From: Gammaproteobacteria bacterium
Lineage (GTDB): Bacteria; Pseudomonadota; Gammaproteobacteria; UBA4575
NCBI GenBank assembly: GCA_965205685.1
Contig: OZ242174.1
Span: 285,231 to 349,230 of the forward strand
Length of the DNA: 64,000 nucleotides
Direction of reading: 5' to 3'
Each line of letters opens with the position of its first letter. The stretch's first letter is position 1. Position numbers and translations under genes: made by a program. Of the stretch, positions 1 to 7,904 are shown in pieces. The notes below the pieces were generated by a model. That model searched no databases. It saw nothing but the letters and a program-made list of their open reading frames with translations, and was not told the DNA's origin.

Positions 1-97
1 TTCTCGTTCCATCCTGCAGCGCCTGCTGGTTCGAAGTTTGAAGCCGACGCAACCCTTCAAGGAAGGGGATGATTTTCCTGCTTTCTCCGGCTATGGC

Positions 98-934
98 TTA
101 CTCGGCAACCTTCCTGCCACCGTATGCGCCAACCAGGCCTTCGGGATGATCGAACACGCCGCCCACTTCCTCATGGCCAGGGCCGAAAAAGGCCCCTGAC
201 AGGCGGTTGTCGTCGGCATGATAACGGCTGAACTCCCCGTCCGTCACGGACATGCCCTCAAAGACCATGTCGGTATATGCCTGCCCGGTTGCGGTATTGG
301 CCAGGCCCGTCAAGCGAACGTCCGCCAGCACCTCGTCGTCGATACGCACGGCTATGCTGGCATCACCGACCACCACGGATTCCAGGTCCTCAGCGATGTT
401 GTGGTCCCTGGCCGTCGCAAAGCCGGTCCAGGTGGCTTCGGTGACGGGATTGGTCATGGTCGCATTGCCGGCGATGGTGCCATACGTCTGGGTCACGCCT
501 TGGTCGGGGTCGATCTCGTGCTTGAAAAGCACGACCGTGGAGGCAAAGAAGCTGTACTCCATCCACCCTGCATAGCTGTGCAGGTCATTGAAAGGGCTGA
601 TGGTCTGCTCGATTCCCGTGTTGATTCCGTTAGTGTCTGCAAGGATCGTGATCTCTTCGGGCACCAGGCTGTACACCTTGTTTGCGCGGATGAACGCCGA
701 GTAGCCCACCGAGCAGTACAGGCCCTTGCATTCCACGGAAACCCGTTCCGGCTCGATTCGTCCTGGGACCCAATTGATCCGGTCCGTGGAAAGCAGGAGG
801 TTGGCGCTCCCGGCAATCCGCTCGTAGTCCTGGATCGCATGGTATTCCGGGGTGTCCGGTGGCTTGTGCCGGGGACTGCCGCCACAGCCTGCGATCAGCA
901 GGCCCAGTACAGCGATGGCCAGTGTAATTCTCAT
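98..934 (-). CDS. surface lipoprotein with TbpB-like C-terminal beta-barrel domain
   Basis: ORF 98..1096 was trimmed to the internal Met that gives the MRITLAIAVLGLLIAGCGG lipobox signal peptide. The C-terminus GAFFGPGHEEVGGVFDHPEGLVGAYGG resembles the transferrin-binding-protein-B-like (Slam-dependent) lipoprotein handle domain. Confidence 0.5.
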   Translation of the reverse strand: MRITLAIAVLGLLIAGCGGSPRHKPPDTPEYHAIQDYERIAGSANLLLSTDRINWVPGRIEPERVSVECKGLYCSVGYSAFIRANKVYSLVPEEITILADTNGINTGIEQTISPFNDLHSYAGWMEYSFFASTVVLFKHEIDPDQGVTQTYGTIAGNATMTNPVTEATWTGFATARDHNIAEDLESVVVGDASIAVRIDDEVLADVRLTGLANTATGQAYTDMVFEGMSVTDGEFSRYHADDNRLSGAFFGPGHEEVGGVFDHPEGLVGAYGGRKVAE

Positions 935-1234
935 TATGCCTGCTGCCTCTTCCTTGATTTCATCCATCTCATTTGAGGTGGAGAATGTATCGGATTCACA
1001 GTCAAAATGCACCTGTCTCAATTCATGCAGCGCGTCCCCCACATCCCCATCTGGAAAGAGCCTTGGGCAGTCATCCTTGTAAATTTGAAGTAACACTTCA
1101 ATTTTGCAAGGTTACAGGCGCTGTGCATGCATGGGCCCCACAGGGACTGCAATGCGATACCCCAGCTGGTTTCGCTGCCGCATGGACAGGGACTGGCTCC
1201 CCAGTCACGGGTTTGGAAGGGCTTTCGATGGGGG

Positions 1235-2509
1235 CTAGCAGCCCAGTCCCCGGGCCATCTGGTCGTAGCTGGTAAGCGGCACCGCGCACATGCGCGCCCA
1301 GTCTGCCTCACTGAGGTCCGGGCGCTTCAGGATCTCGAGCATCTCGTTGAACTGGGCCAGCGCCTTGCAGTCCACCGCCTCGGGAGCCGCGGCTGTGCTG
1401 TGCGACGGCCAGACGTGATCTTTGGCGTGCTGCCAGAAGGGGCTGTCAAACTTCGAGCCGCAGGAATAGTGCCAGCCGACGAACAGCCCGTAACAGAGCA
1501 TGTTGTTGACCAGAAACCGGTTGACCGCATCGGCATCGCCGTCGGCATATTCGCCCGGGCGATTGAGGCGCATGTGCAGGATCATGCCGATCTGGATCTG
1601 CGCGGAGACGATGGCGGTGGCCTCGAGCGGCTCCATGAAGGCCGCCGCATTGCCGATGCGCGCGATCGCGCCATCGTAGATCCTGCGATTCACGAAGTTG
1701 GGAAAAGGGATGACCGAGCGCGGCTCGAACTCGCCCACACCGTCACTCTCGAGGAAGGCATCGAAATCCGCCTGCACTTCGTCGAGCTCGCTGAGGTCGC
1801 GGTTGAAGATGTAGCCGTAGGAGGTGTGCACCGTGAGCGGGATCACGAAAATCCAGCCGTGCGGACGTGCCACGGCCCGGGTGTAGGTGTGTTGCAGCAC
1901 CGGACCGTCGCCCTTGGCATCGAAAAGTGTCGGGCAGCGGCGGATGCAGGCGGTGTTGGTCGGGATGAACGAGATGTTGATGTGGTGTTCGGGATTCAGT
2001 TCCCTAGGGAAGCCGCGGGCATCGAAGACCAGATCGTAACGCTCAGGCTCACGGCCCTCGAAGGTGACCTCGGCCCCGCCGTCTATGCGCGTGATGTCCA
2101 GGACCTTCGCATCGATGTGCTGCGCGCGTGTGCGCTCGTACAGGAGTTCGGCAAGATAATCGGCCGACAGGTGGTAGGCGTAGGCAACATCCTTCGGCGA
2201 GAAGAAATGCGTGAAGTCCTGGTCGCATCGGCCCCATCCCTCGAAGGCCACGCCGTACTTGCGCGTGCCCCGCAAGTGCTGCTGGACGTCGTCGTTCGGA
2301 AGGTCCGTGAGTTGCTGCAGGTGTTCGACCAACGCCGGCCAGCTGCCCTCGCCCACGCCGATCACCGGGATGCGCGAGTCATAGATGTGGTGCAGTTCAT
2401 AGTCGTCCCCTGGGTGCAGGCGGGTGATGCTTGCAGCCGCCAGAGAACCCGCAGTGCCTCGCCCGACCACCGCGACCTTGCGCAAGGATTGGCTACCTGG
2501 CTGGATCAT
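1235..2509 (-). CDS. flavin-dependent (tryptophan-type) halogenase
   Basis: N-terminal FAD fold VAVVGRGTAGSLAA. It has the GWIFVIPL motif, the analogue of the GWxWxIP motif of flavin-dependent halogenases. Length 424 aa. Confidence 0.7.
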   Translation of the reverse strand: MIQPGSQSLRKVAVVGRGTAGSLAAASITRLHPGDDYELHHIYDSRIPVIGVGEGSWPALVEHLQQLTDLPNDDVQQHLRGTRKYGVAFEGWGRCDQDFTHFFSPKDVAYAYHLSADYLAELLYERTRAQHIDAKVLDITRIDGGAEVTFEGREPERYDLVFDARGFPRELNPEHHINISFIPTNTACIRRCPTLFDAKGDGPVLQHTYTRAVARPHGWIFVIPLTVHTSYGYIFNRDLSELDEVQADFDAFLESDGVGEFEPRSVIPFPNFVNRRIYDGAIARIGNAAAFMEPLEATAIVSAQIQIGMILHMRLNRPGEYADGDADAVNRFLVNNMLCYGLFVGWHYSCGSKFDSPFWQHAKDHVWPSHSTAAAPEAVDCKALAQFNEMLEILKRPDLSEADWARMCAVPLTSYDQMARGLGC

Positions 2510-2615
2510 CCTTCATGACCTCCACTGAGGTTGAAGCAGTCGACATCGACAAGGGTTCGCATTCCTGACTGCCAAAAAAAGCAAGGGCCTCCGAAGAGAC
2601 CCTGCGCCCTGCAGT

Positions 2616-2813
2616 CTAAACTGCAAGGGGTGTTGCCAAAATACTAGCCATCCTCACACCCTGGATCAAGTTTTCCACCGTACCGATTTCTAGGACTTCC
2701 TCTTCTTTCCCATGCATCATCACGATCACTGTCAGCTCACGGTTTTGTACATGCAAGGGAAGCTGTGCAAATTCTGGTTGTATGGTGTCAAGTGCTGAAC
2801 GATACCAGTCCAT
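2616..2813 (-). CDS. small hypothetical ORF (65 aa) in a lower-GC spacer
   Basis: Only the ORF track and local drop in GC support this; no recognisable similarity. Confidence 0.15.
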   Translation of the reverse strand: MDWYRSALDTIQPEFAQLPLHVQNRELTVIVMMHGKEEEVLEIGTVENLIQGVRMASILATPLAV

Positions 2814-2828
2814 GTCTGCTTGGTGTGA

Positions 2829-4058
2829 TTAGAAGCTGAAGATGAGTTCCGCACCCGCGAAACTGTCGCGCCTGCCATCGTAGGTCAGGTCCTTGCGGTC
2901 TGAGCCCAAGTTGGCGAAGGTCTCAAGTCGCATCGACCAGCTGCCCGCGAGGCGGCGTTTGAATTCCAGGTTCAGGGTACGCGTGTTGTAGCGAAGATCG
3001 GCAAGCAGGCCAGCGATAAGCTCCGTGCCCTGCACGTCGTTGAAGGCGAGAAAGCCGGTGAGGTACATATCGTTTTGCCAGGCGCTGGTGGCCCGGCTGC
3101 CGCGTTCATCGTAGAGCCACTCGCCCAGCAGGGTCAGGTCGTACGGGGAATCAAAGAGCGCATAGAGCGTGCGCTCCACGCCAACGATGAAGGCACCGTA
3201 ATCTTCCCCCTCACCGAGCAGGTTTTGCGCGCCGTGCCGGCGGATGGCTTCCAGCTTGTACAGCACAGGCTCGGTGGTGAGCTGCGCTTCGAGCCCGAAC
3301 TGGCGGATCTGCTCGTAGAACGGCAGTAAGGGAGCACCCATGCCCGGTATGCTCCCGGCATCCGGATCCACCACGAACCGGGGTTCGCGGTTGGTGCCGG
3401 AAAACGCGCTCAGCGCGATGTCGAGCACGCCCACGGCGTGGCTGTAGCGAAACGCGACATCGACGTGGCGCTCCTCGGCGCCGCTCTCGTAGGCGGCATC
3501 GTCCTCGATCAGGCGGCCTGCACGCAGCCGCCCGGAACGCCCCGGAAAGGTCTGCCTGCGGTGGTAGGGCAGTACGAAGGTCTCGGCCAGGCCCCAGTCC
3601 CCGGAGACCGCCAGGTGAAGCATCGGCTGCCCCAGCTTGGGCCGGTCGCGCGGGTGCTCGACGAGGTCGATCTGGTTGACGATGTCGACCAGGTTGTGCA
3701 CCTCTGCCACGCCCCAGAAAACGCGGTCCACGCCCGCTCGCAGCTGCCAGGAATGCCCGCCCCACTCGCCGTACCTCAGCAGGTAGGCCTCGCGCACATC
3801 CGCGTGCGTGCGCCTGGAATCGGCGGTATCAAAGCGGTACAGCGGGGTGAAGGTGAAGCTGGTGGTGGGAGTGAGTTCACCGTGCAGCGTCGGCTCGAGC
3901 ACCCAGCCCACGGTGGACGAGCGCTGCCCCGCATGCGCGGGCGACTCCGGGTAGCCGCGGGTCTGCAGGCTGAGATCACCCGAGAGATCCAGCGCCCGAG
4001 CCTCGATGCCCGCACCGGCCAGGAACACGAGGGACGCTATGGCGCCAGAGAATCGCAT
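2829..4058 (-). CDS. outer-membrane beta-barrel protein (DUF1302-like partner of RND exporters)
   Basis: Signal peptide MRFSGAIASLVFLAGAGIEARA. The C-terminus ends with an aromatic residue (…ELIFSF), typical of OM barrels. The start overlaps the stop of the upstream LolA-like gene. Confidence 0.55.
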   Translation of the reverse strand: MRFSGAIASLVFLAGAGIEARALDLSGDLSLQTRGYPESPAHAGQRSSTVGWVLEPTLHGELTPTTSFTFTPLYRFDTADSRRTHADVREAYLLRYGEWGGHSWQLRAGVDRVFWGVAEVHNLVDIVNQIDLVEHPRDRPKLGQPMLHLAVSGDWGLAETFVLPYHRRQTFPGRSGRLRAGRLIEDDAAYESGAEERHVDVAFRYSHAVGVLDIALSAFSGTNREPRFVVDPDAGSIPGMGAPLLPFYEQIRQFGLEAQLTTEPVLYKLEAIRRHGAQNLLGEGEDYGAFIVGVERTLYALFDSPYDLTLLGEWLYDERGSRATSAWQNDMYLTGFLAFNDVQGTELIAGLLADLRYNTRTLNLEFKRRLAGSWSMRLETFANLGSDRKDLTYDGRRDSFAGAELIFSF

Positions 4059-4924
4059 CAGCGCACGCGTCGCAGTGCCAGTTTGTTGAATTCGCTGTCG
4101 TCGAGGTTGGTGCGAAACCTGAAGTCGGTCCAGTGCAGCACCGTGCTGGCCTTGGTCAGGTGGTTCACCATGGTCTGTTCCCCGGCCCGCCAGAACTGGT
4201 CCAGGTATTGCCGGTAGTTCGCAAACGTGAGTGTCTTCAGGTGCGAGTCCTTGCGGTCGTACAGTTCCATCTTCCAGACCCGAAGCTCACCGGTGTCCTG
4301 CCAGACGATCTTGCGGCTGTATCCGGAATTCTTGTCCAGCGGCACCTGCTCGGTCACCGTACAGCTGAGCACGCCACAGGACTCGTCGCGAAGGTACTTG
4401 TAGGTGTATTCCTCCACTTCCGGTGTGCTCATGTCCTCGTAGGAGAACTCGCTGCCCATGAAGGACCCGGAACGCTTCGAGGCGTTGATGCGCTTCACCC
4501 GCTTCAGGGCCGGCAGGTACAGCCACTGGTCGTCCTGGGTGTTGATGTGGGCATGGGTCAGCAAGGCGGTGCCCTGCACGTCGCGCGGCTGGTCGAACAC
4601 GAACAGGCTCTTGTCCCCGTCGCCTGCCACCTCCAGCACCTTGAAGCGCATCTGGCGGATGCTCTCGCGCCCGTACCGATCGCGCAGCACCATCGTCATG
4701 CCCGCAGTGAAATCCCCGAAGCCGTCGTTGCGGGCCTCGGCCTCCAGCGCGATCCTCAGCCCCTTCTCCTGCGCCGTCTCCGCCTGGACCGGTGCCTGCG
4801 CGAGGCCCAGGACCGCGAGGACCAGGGCCAGGGTCCCGAGCCATCCCTTGCGGGGGCGTAGGAAAGCCTTCGTCGGGTCTTTTGGACCCCATCGGTTTCG
4901 GGCGGTTTCGTGATCAGGAAACAT
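4058..4924 (-). CDS. LolA-like outer-membrane lipoprotein-sorting family protein
   Basis: The signal peptide WLGTLALVLAVLGLAQAPVQA is followed by motifs typical of the LolA-like family that accompanies COG1033 RND exporters. The start was chosen at an internal Met (ORF extends to 5038) and is uncertain. Confidence 0.55.
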   Translation of the reverse strand: MFPDHETARNRWGPKDPTKAFLRPRKGWLGTLALVLAVLGLAQAPVQAETAQEKGLRIALEAEARNDGFGDFTAGMTMVLRDRYGRESIRQMRFKVLEVAGDGDKSLFVFDQPRDVQGTALLTHAHINTQDDQWLYLPALKRVKRINASKRSGSFMGSEFSYEDMSTPEVEEYTYKYLRDESCGVLSCTVTEQVPLDKNSGYSRKIVWQDTGELRVWKMELYDRKDSHLKTLTFANYRQYLDQFWRAGEQTMVNHLTKASTVLHWTDFRFRTNLDDSEFNKLALRRVR

Positions 4925-5140
4925 CTGGACAGGCGTGTGATGGACGTGTGACATTGTACCTTGAGTGCCCGGAACAGGTGAAGTCACCGGCGTGCGAAGC
5001 CCCGGGCCGGGGCGGCACCATGGCGAGAATTTAGTCATTCCCGGTCGAGATTGCTTATAATCGCTAAAAGTTTCAACACCATCCTGAACGGGATGGCCCC
5101 GGGACTTTGCTTGGTCCAGGTGAGGAGGCTGCTCTAGGTC

Positions 5141-5692
5141 GTGTTCAACAATCCATTCGAGTCATTTCACAACATGGTCGCCGAGGCCAAGGAAGAACGT
5201 GAGCAGCTGGACCGGCTGCTGACCATTTCTACCCCCAATGAGCGTGCGCTGGTGGCTGCCATCGCCGGGGTGCTGGTGGTGCTTTTGGTCTGGCTGGTGT
5301 TTGGCAGCGTGGCCCGCAGCCTGACGTTCGACGGGGTCCTGGCCGGTCCCGGTGAGAGCACGCTGACAGGCGAGCACAACCTGCAGGCGATGGTGTGGAT
5401 CAAGCGTGATGCCGCGGCACAGATCGAGGCCGGTCAGCCTGCGAGGATCGAGTTCAGTGGAGCCGACGGGCACCTCCACACCCTGGCAGGGGAAGTGACA
5501 GGCATTTCCGCACTGCCCCTGACCGAGTTCCTGGCGATGTTCGAGGGCCGTGCACCGCTGTCGGTGCACCGCCTGCACATCCGACTCGATGAACGCCCCG
5601 AGGGCGCTGTGCCTGCACGCAAGGAATGTGAAGTCACCATCGAAGTGGGCAGACAGTCGCCGATCGCACGCCTTCGGATGAGGCCCTCCTGA
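5141..5692 (+). CDS. truncated HlyD-like membrane-fusion protein of an NHLP-type bacteriocin export system
   Basis: A single TM segment (LVAAIAGVLVVLLVWLVF) is followed by a beta-barrel/lipoyl-like segment. It is only 183 aa and lacks the alpha-helical hairpin. Its stop lies 1 nt before the C39 ABC exporter start. Confidence 0.5.
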   Translation: MFNNPFESFHNMVAEAKEEREQLDRLLTISTPNERALVAAIAGVLVVLLVWLVFGSVARSLTFDGVLAGPGESTLTGEHNLQAMVWIKRDAAAQIEAGQPARIEFSGADGHLHTLAGEVTGISALPLTEFLAMFEGRAPLSVHRLHIRLDERPEGAVPARKECEVTIEVGRQSPIARLRMRPS

Positions 5693-5693
5693 G

Positions 5694-7904
5694 ATGGCAC
5701 CGAGTGCCTCCAAGGGCACCGGGGATCAGGCCACCTCGGATTCCGTCAAGCACCGGATCGCCACACCCGTGATGCTGCAGATGCACGCCTCCGAATGCGG
5801 GGCGGCGAGCCTCGGCAGCGTACTGGGCTTTTTCGGGCGCTGGGTGCCGCTGACCGAGTTGCGCGAGAAGTGCGAGGTCAGCCGCGACGGCAGCAGCGCG
5901 GCGAGCCTGCTGCGGGCCTCCCGCCACTACGGGCTGGAATGCAGTGGCCTGAGCGTACGTTCCGAGTCGCTGAAAAAACTGGAGTTGCCGCTGATCCTGT
6001 TCTGGCAGTTCAGTCATTTCCTGGTCCTCGAAGGCTTCGACGAGCGGTACTTCTACCTCAACGACCCGTCCACCGGGCGGCGCAAGGTCAGCGCCGAGGA
6101 GTTCGAAAAGAGCTACAGCGGGATCGCCTTGCGCTTCAAGCGCGGCAAGGATTTCAAGGCCGGCGGCGAGGCTCCCGGCCTGTTCACACAACTTGGCACC
6201 CTGCTGGCCGGCTCCTGGACGGTGCTTGCCGGAGTGGCGGCCACCGCCCTCATGGTGACGTTGCTGGCCCTGGTCGTGCCCGCGGTGCTCAGCATCTTCG
6301 TTGACGACGTGCTGGAAAACCACGGCGCCTGGGGCGGGCTGGTGGGCGCGCTGCTGGGTGCCGGGGTGCTGGTCTACCTGCTTTCCCTGCTCAAGCACCG
6401 GTTTTTGAAGCGACTGGCGGTGCGGATTTCGGTGATTGGATACAACCGCAACCTGACGCGCCTGCTGCGCCTGCCAGTGGAATTTTTCGAGCACCGCCTG
6501 ACCGGTGACCTGACCGACCGGGTGTCCTCCATCGACCGCATCGCGAAAAATCTCACTGACCAGTTCCTGGTGCTGCTCGTCGACATGGTCATGAGCGCGG
6601 TGCTGCTGATCGTGATGCTGGTGTACGAACCCCTGCTGAGCCTGATCGTGGTGTTACTCGCCGTCCTTCACGGCATGGTCGTGCACTTTTTGAATTCGCT
6701 TCGCACGGTGCGCATCCAGTCGATGCGCCGCGAACAGGGATTGCTGATCGGCGTGGGCATGCAGATGCTGAGCCATGCGGACACCCTTCGCATGACCGGT
6801 GCGGACGACCGGTTCTTCTCGCGCTGGAGCGGCCAGCAGGCGCGCGAACTGGAGGCGCGCCAGCACTACTTTGAACTCAGCGCATTCAACACCGCGCTGC
6901 CGGGGCTGGTGGCCATTCTCCGGGCCGCCGTGATCCTCGGCATCGGCGGAAGCCTGGTGCTGGCCGGGGAAATGAGCCTGGGTGCCTTGGTCGGGTTCTA
7001 CATCCTGGCGGAGATGTTCCTGTCGCCCATCGGGCAGTTCCTGGAGTTCGCCGACAGGCGCCAGGCCCTGGAGACCGACCTGCAGCGACTCGAGGACATC
7101 TCGCGGGCCGCTGAAGATCCCGTGATCCGCCGCCGAAGCCCGGAATCGGAGTCCATCCCGACGTTCAACGGGCGCCTGCAGCTGACCGGGCAACTCGAAC
7201 TGCGCGACGTCACCTTCGGATTCAACAGGAGCCGCCCGCCCCTGCTCAAGGAGTTCAACCTGACGATCCAGTCCGGGCAGCGCGTTGCCGTGGTGGGCCC
7301 GAGCGGTTCCGGCAAGTCGACCCTGGCGCGCCTGGTGTCCGGGGTGTACCAGCCCTGGTCCGGCGAAATCCTGTTCGACGGGCACCTGCGCGATGAGATC
7401 CCGGAGGAAGTCCTGCGCCAGTCCATCTCCATGGTGGACCAGGAGGTCGTGCTGTTTTCCGCGTCGCTGCGCGACAATATCACCTTGTGGAATTCGGCCA
7501 TCCCGGATGAGGCCATCTTCGCCGCCACGCGCGATGCCTGGATCCACGACGAGATCCTGCTTCGCCCGCAAGGCTATGCGACCGAGGTCGAGGAAGGTGG
7601 GGTAAACTTCAGCGGCGGCCAGCGCCAGCGCCTGGAAATCGCCCGCGCGCTGGTCGGCAACCCGACCGTACTCATCCTGGACGAGGCCACCAGCGCGCTC
7701 GATGCGGCGACCGAGGAGCATGTCGATGATGCCTTGCGCCGTCGCGGCGTGACCTGCCTGATCGTGGCACACCGCCTGAGCACGGTGCGCGACTGCGACG
7801 AAATCATCGTGCTCGATCAGGGGACCGTGGTGCAGCGCGGCACGCACGATGACCTGATTGCAGATCGCGATGGCACCTATTACAAGCTGGTCAAGTCGGG
7901 ATAA
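5694..7904 (+). CDS. NHLP/bacteriocin-family ABC exporter with N-terminal C39 peptidase domain
   Basis: C39 active-site context QMHASECGAASLGSV. Six TM helices. Walker [10 protein letters not shown], signature FSGGQRQRLEIAR, Walker B LILDEATSALD. Confidence 0.9.
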   Translation: MAPSASKGTGDQATSDSVKHRIATPVMLQMHASECGAASLGSVLGFFGRWVPLTELREKCEVSRDGSSAASLLRASRHYGLECSGLSVRSESLKKLELPLILFWQFSHFLVLEGFDERYFYLNDPSTGRRKVSAEEFEKSYSGIALRFKRGKDFKAGGEAPGLFTQLGTLLAGSWTVLAGVAATALMVTLLALVVPAVLSIFVDDVLENHGAWGGLVGALLGAGVLVYLLSLLKHRFLKRLAVRISVIGYNRNLTRLLRLPVEFFEHRLTGDLTDRVSSIDRIAKNLTDQFLVLLVDMVMSAVLLIVMLVYEPLLSLIVVLLAVLHGMVVHFLNSLRTVRIQSMRREQGLLIGVGMQMLSHADTLRMTGADDRFFSRWSGQQARELEARQHYFELSAFNTALPGLVAILRAAVILGIGGSLVLAGEMSLGALVGFYILAEMFLSPIGQFLEFADRRQALETDLQRLEDISRAAEDPVIRRRSPESESIPTFNGRLQLTGQLELRDVTFGFNRSRPPLLKEFNLTIQSGQRVAVVGPSGSGKSTLARLVSGVYQPWSGEILFDGHLRDEIPEEVLRQSISMVDQEVVLFSASLRDNITLWNSAIPDEAIFAATRDAWIHDEILLRPQGYATEVEEGGVNFSGGQRQRLEIARALVGNPTVLILDEATSALDAATEEHVDDALRRRGVTCLIVAHRLSTVRDCDEIIVLDQGTVVQRGTHDDLIADRDGTYYKLVKSG

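Noticed and set aside
1127-2518. 463-aa plus-strand ORF
   Set aside because: It is exactly antisense to the halogenase gene. It has GC-rich Arg/Ala/Gly-biased composition and no motifs, so it is a shadow ORF.
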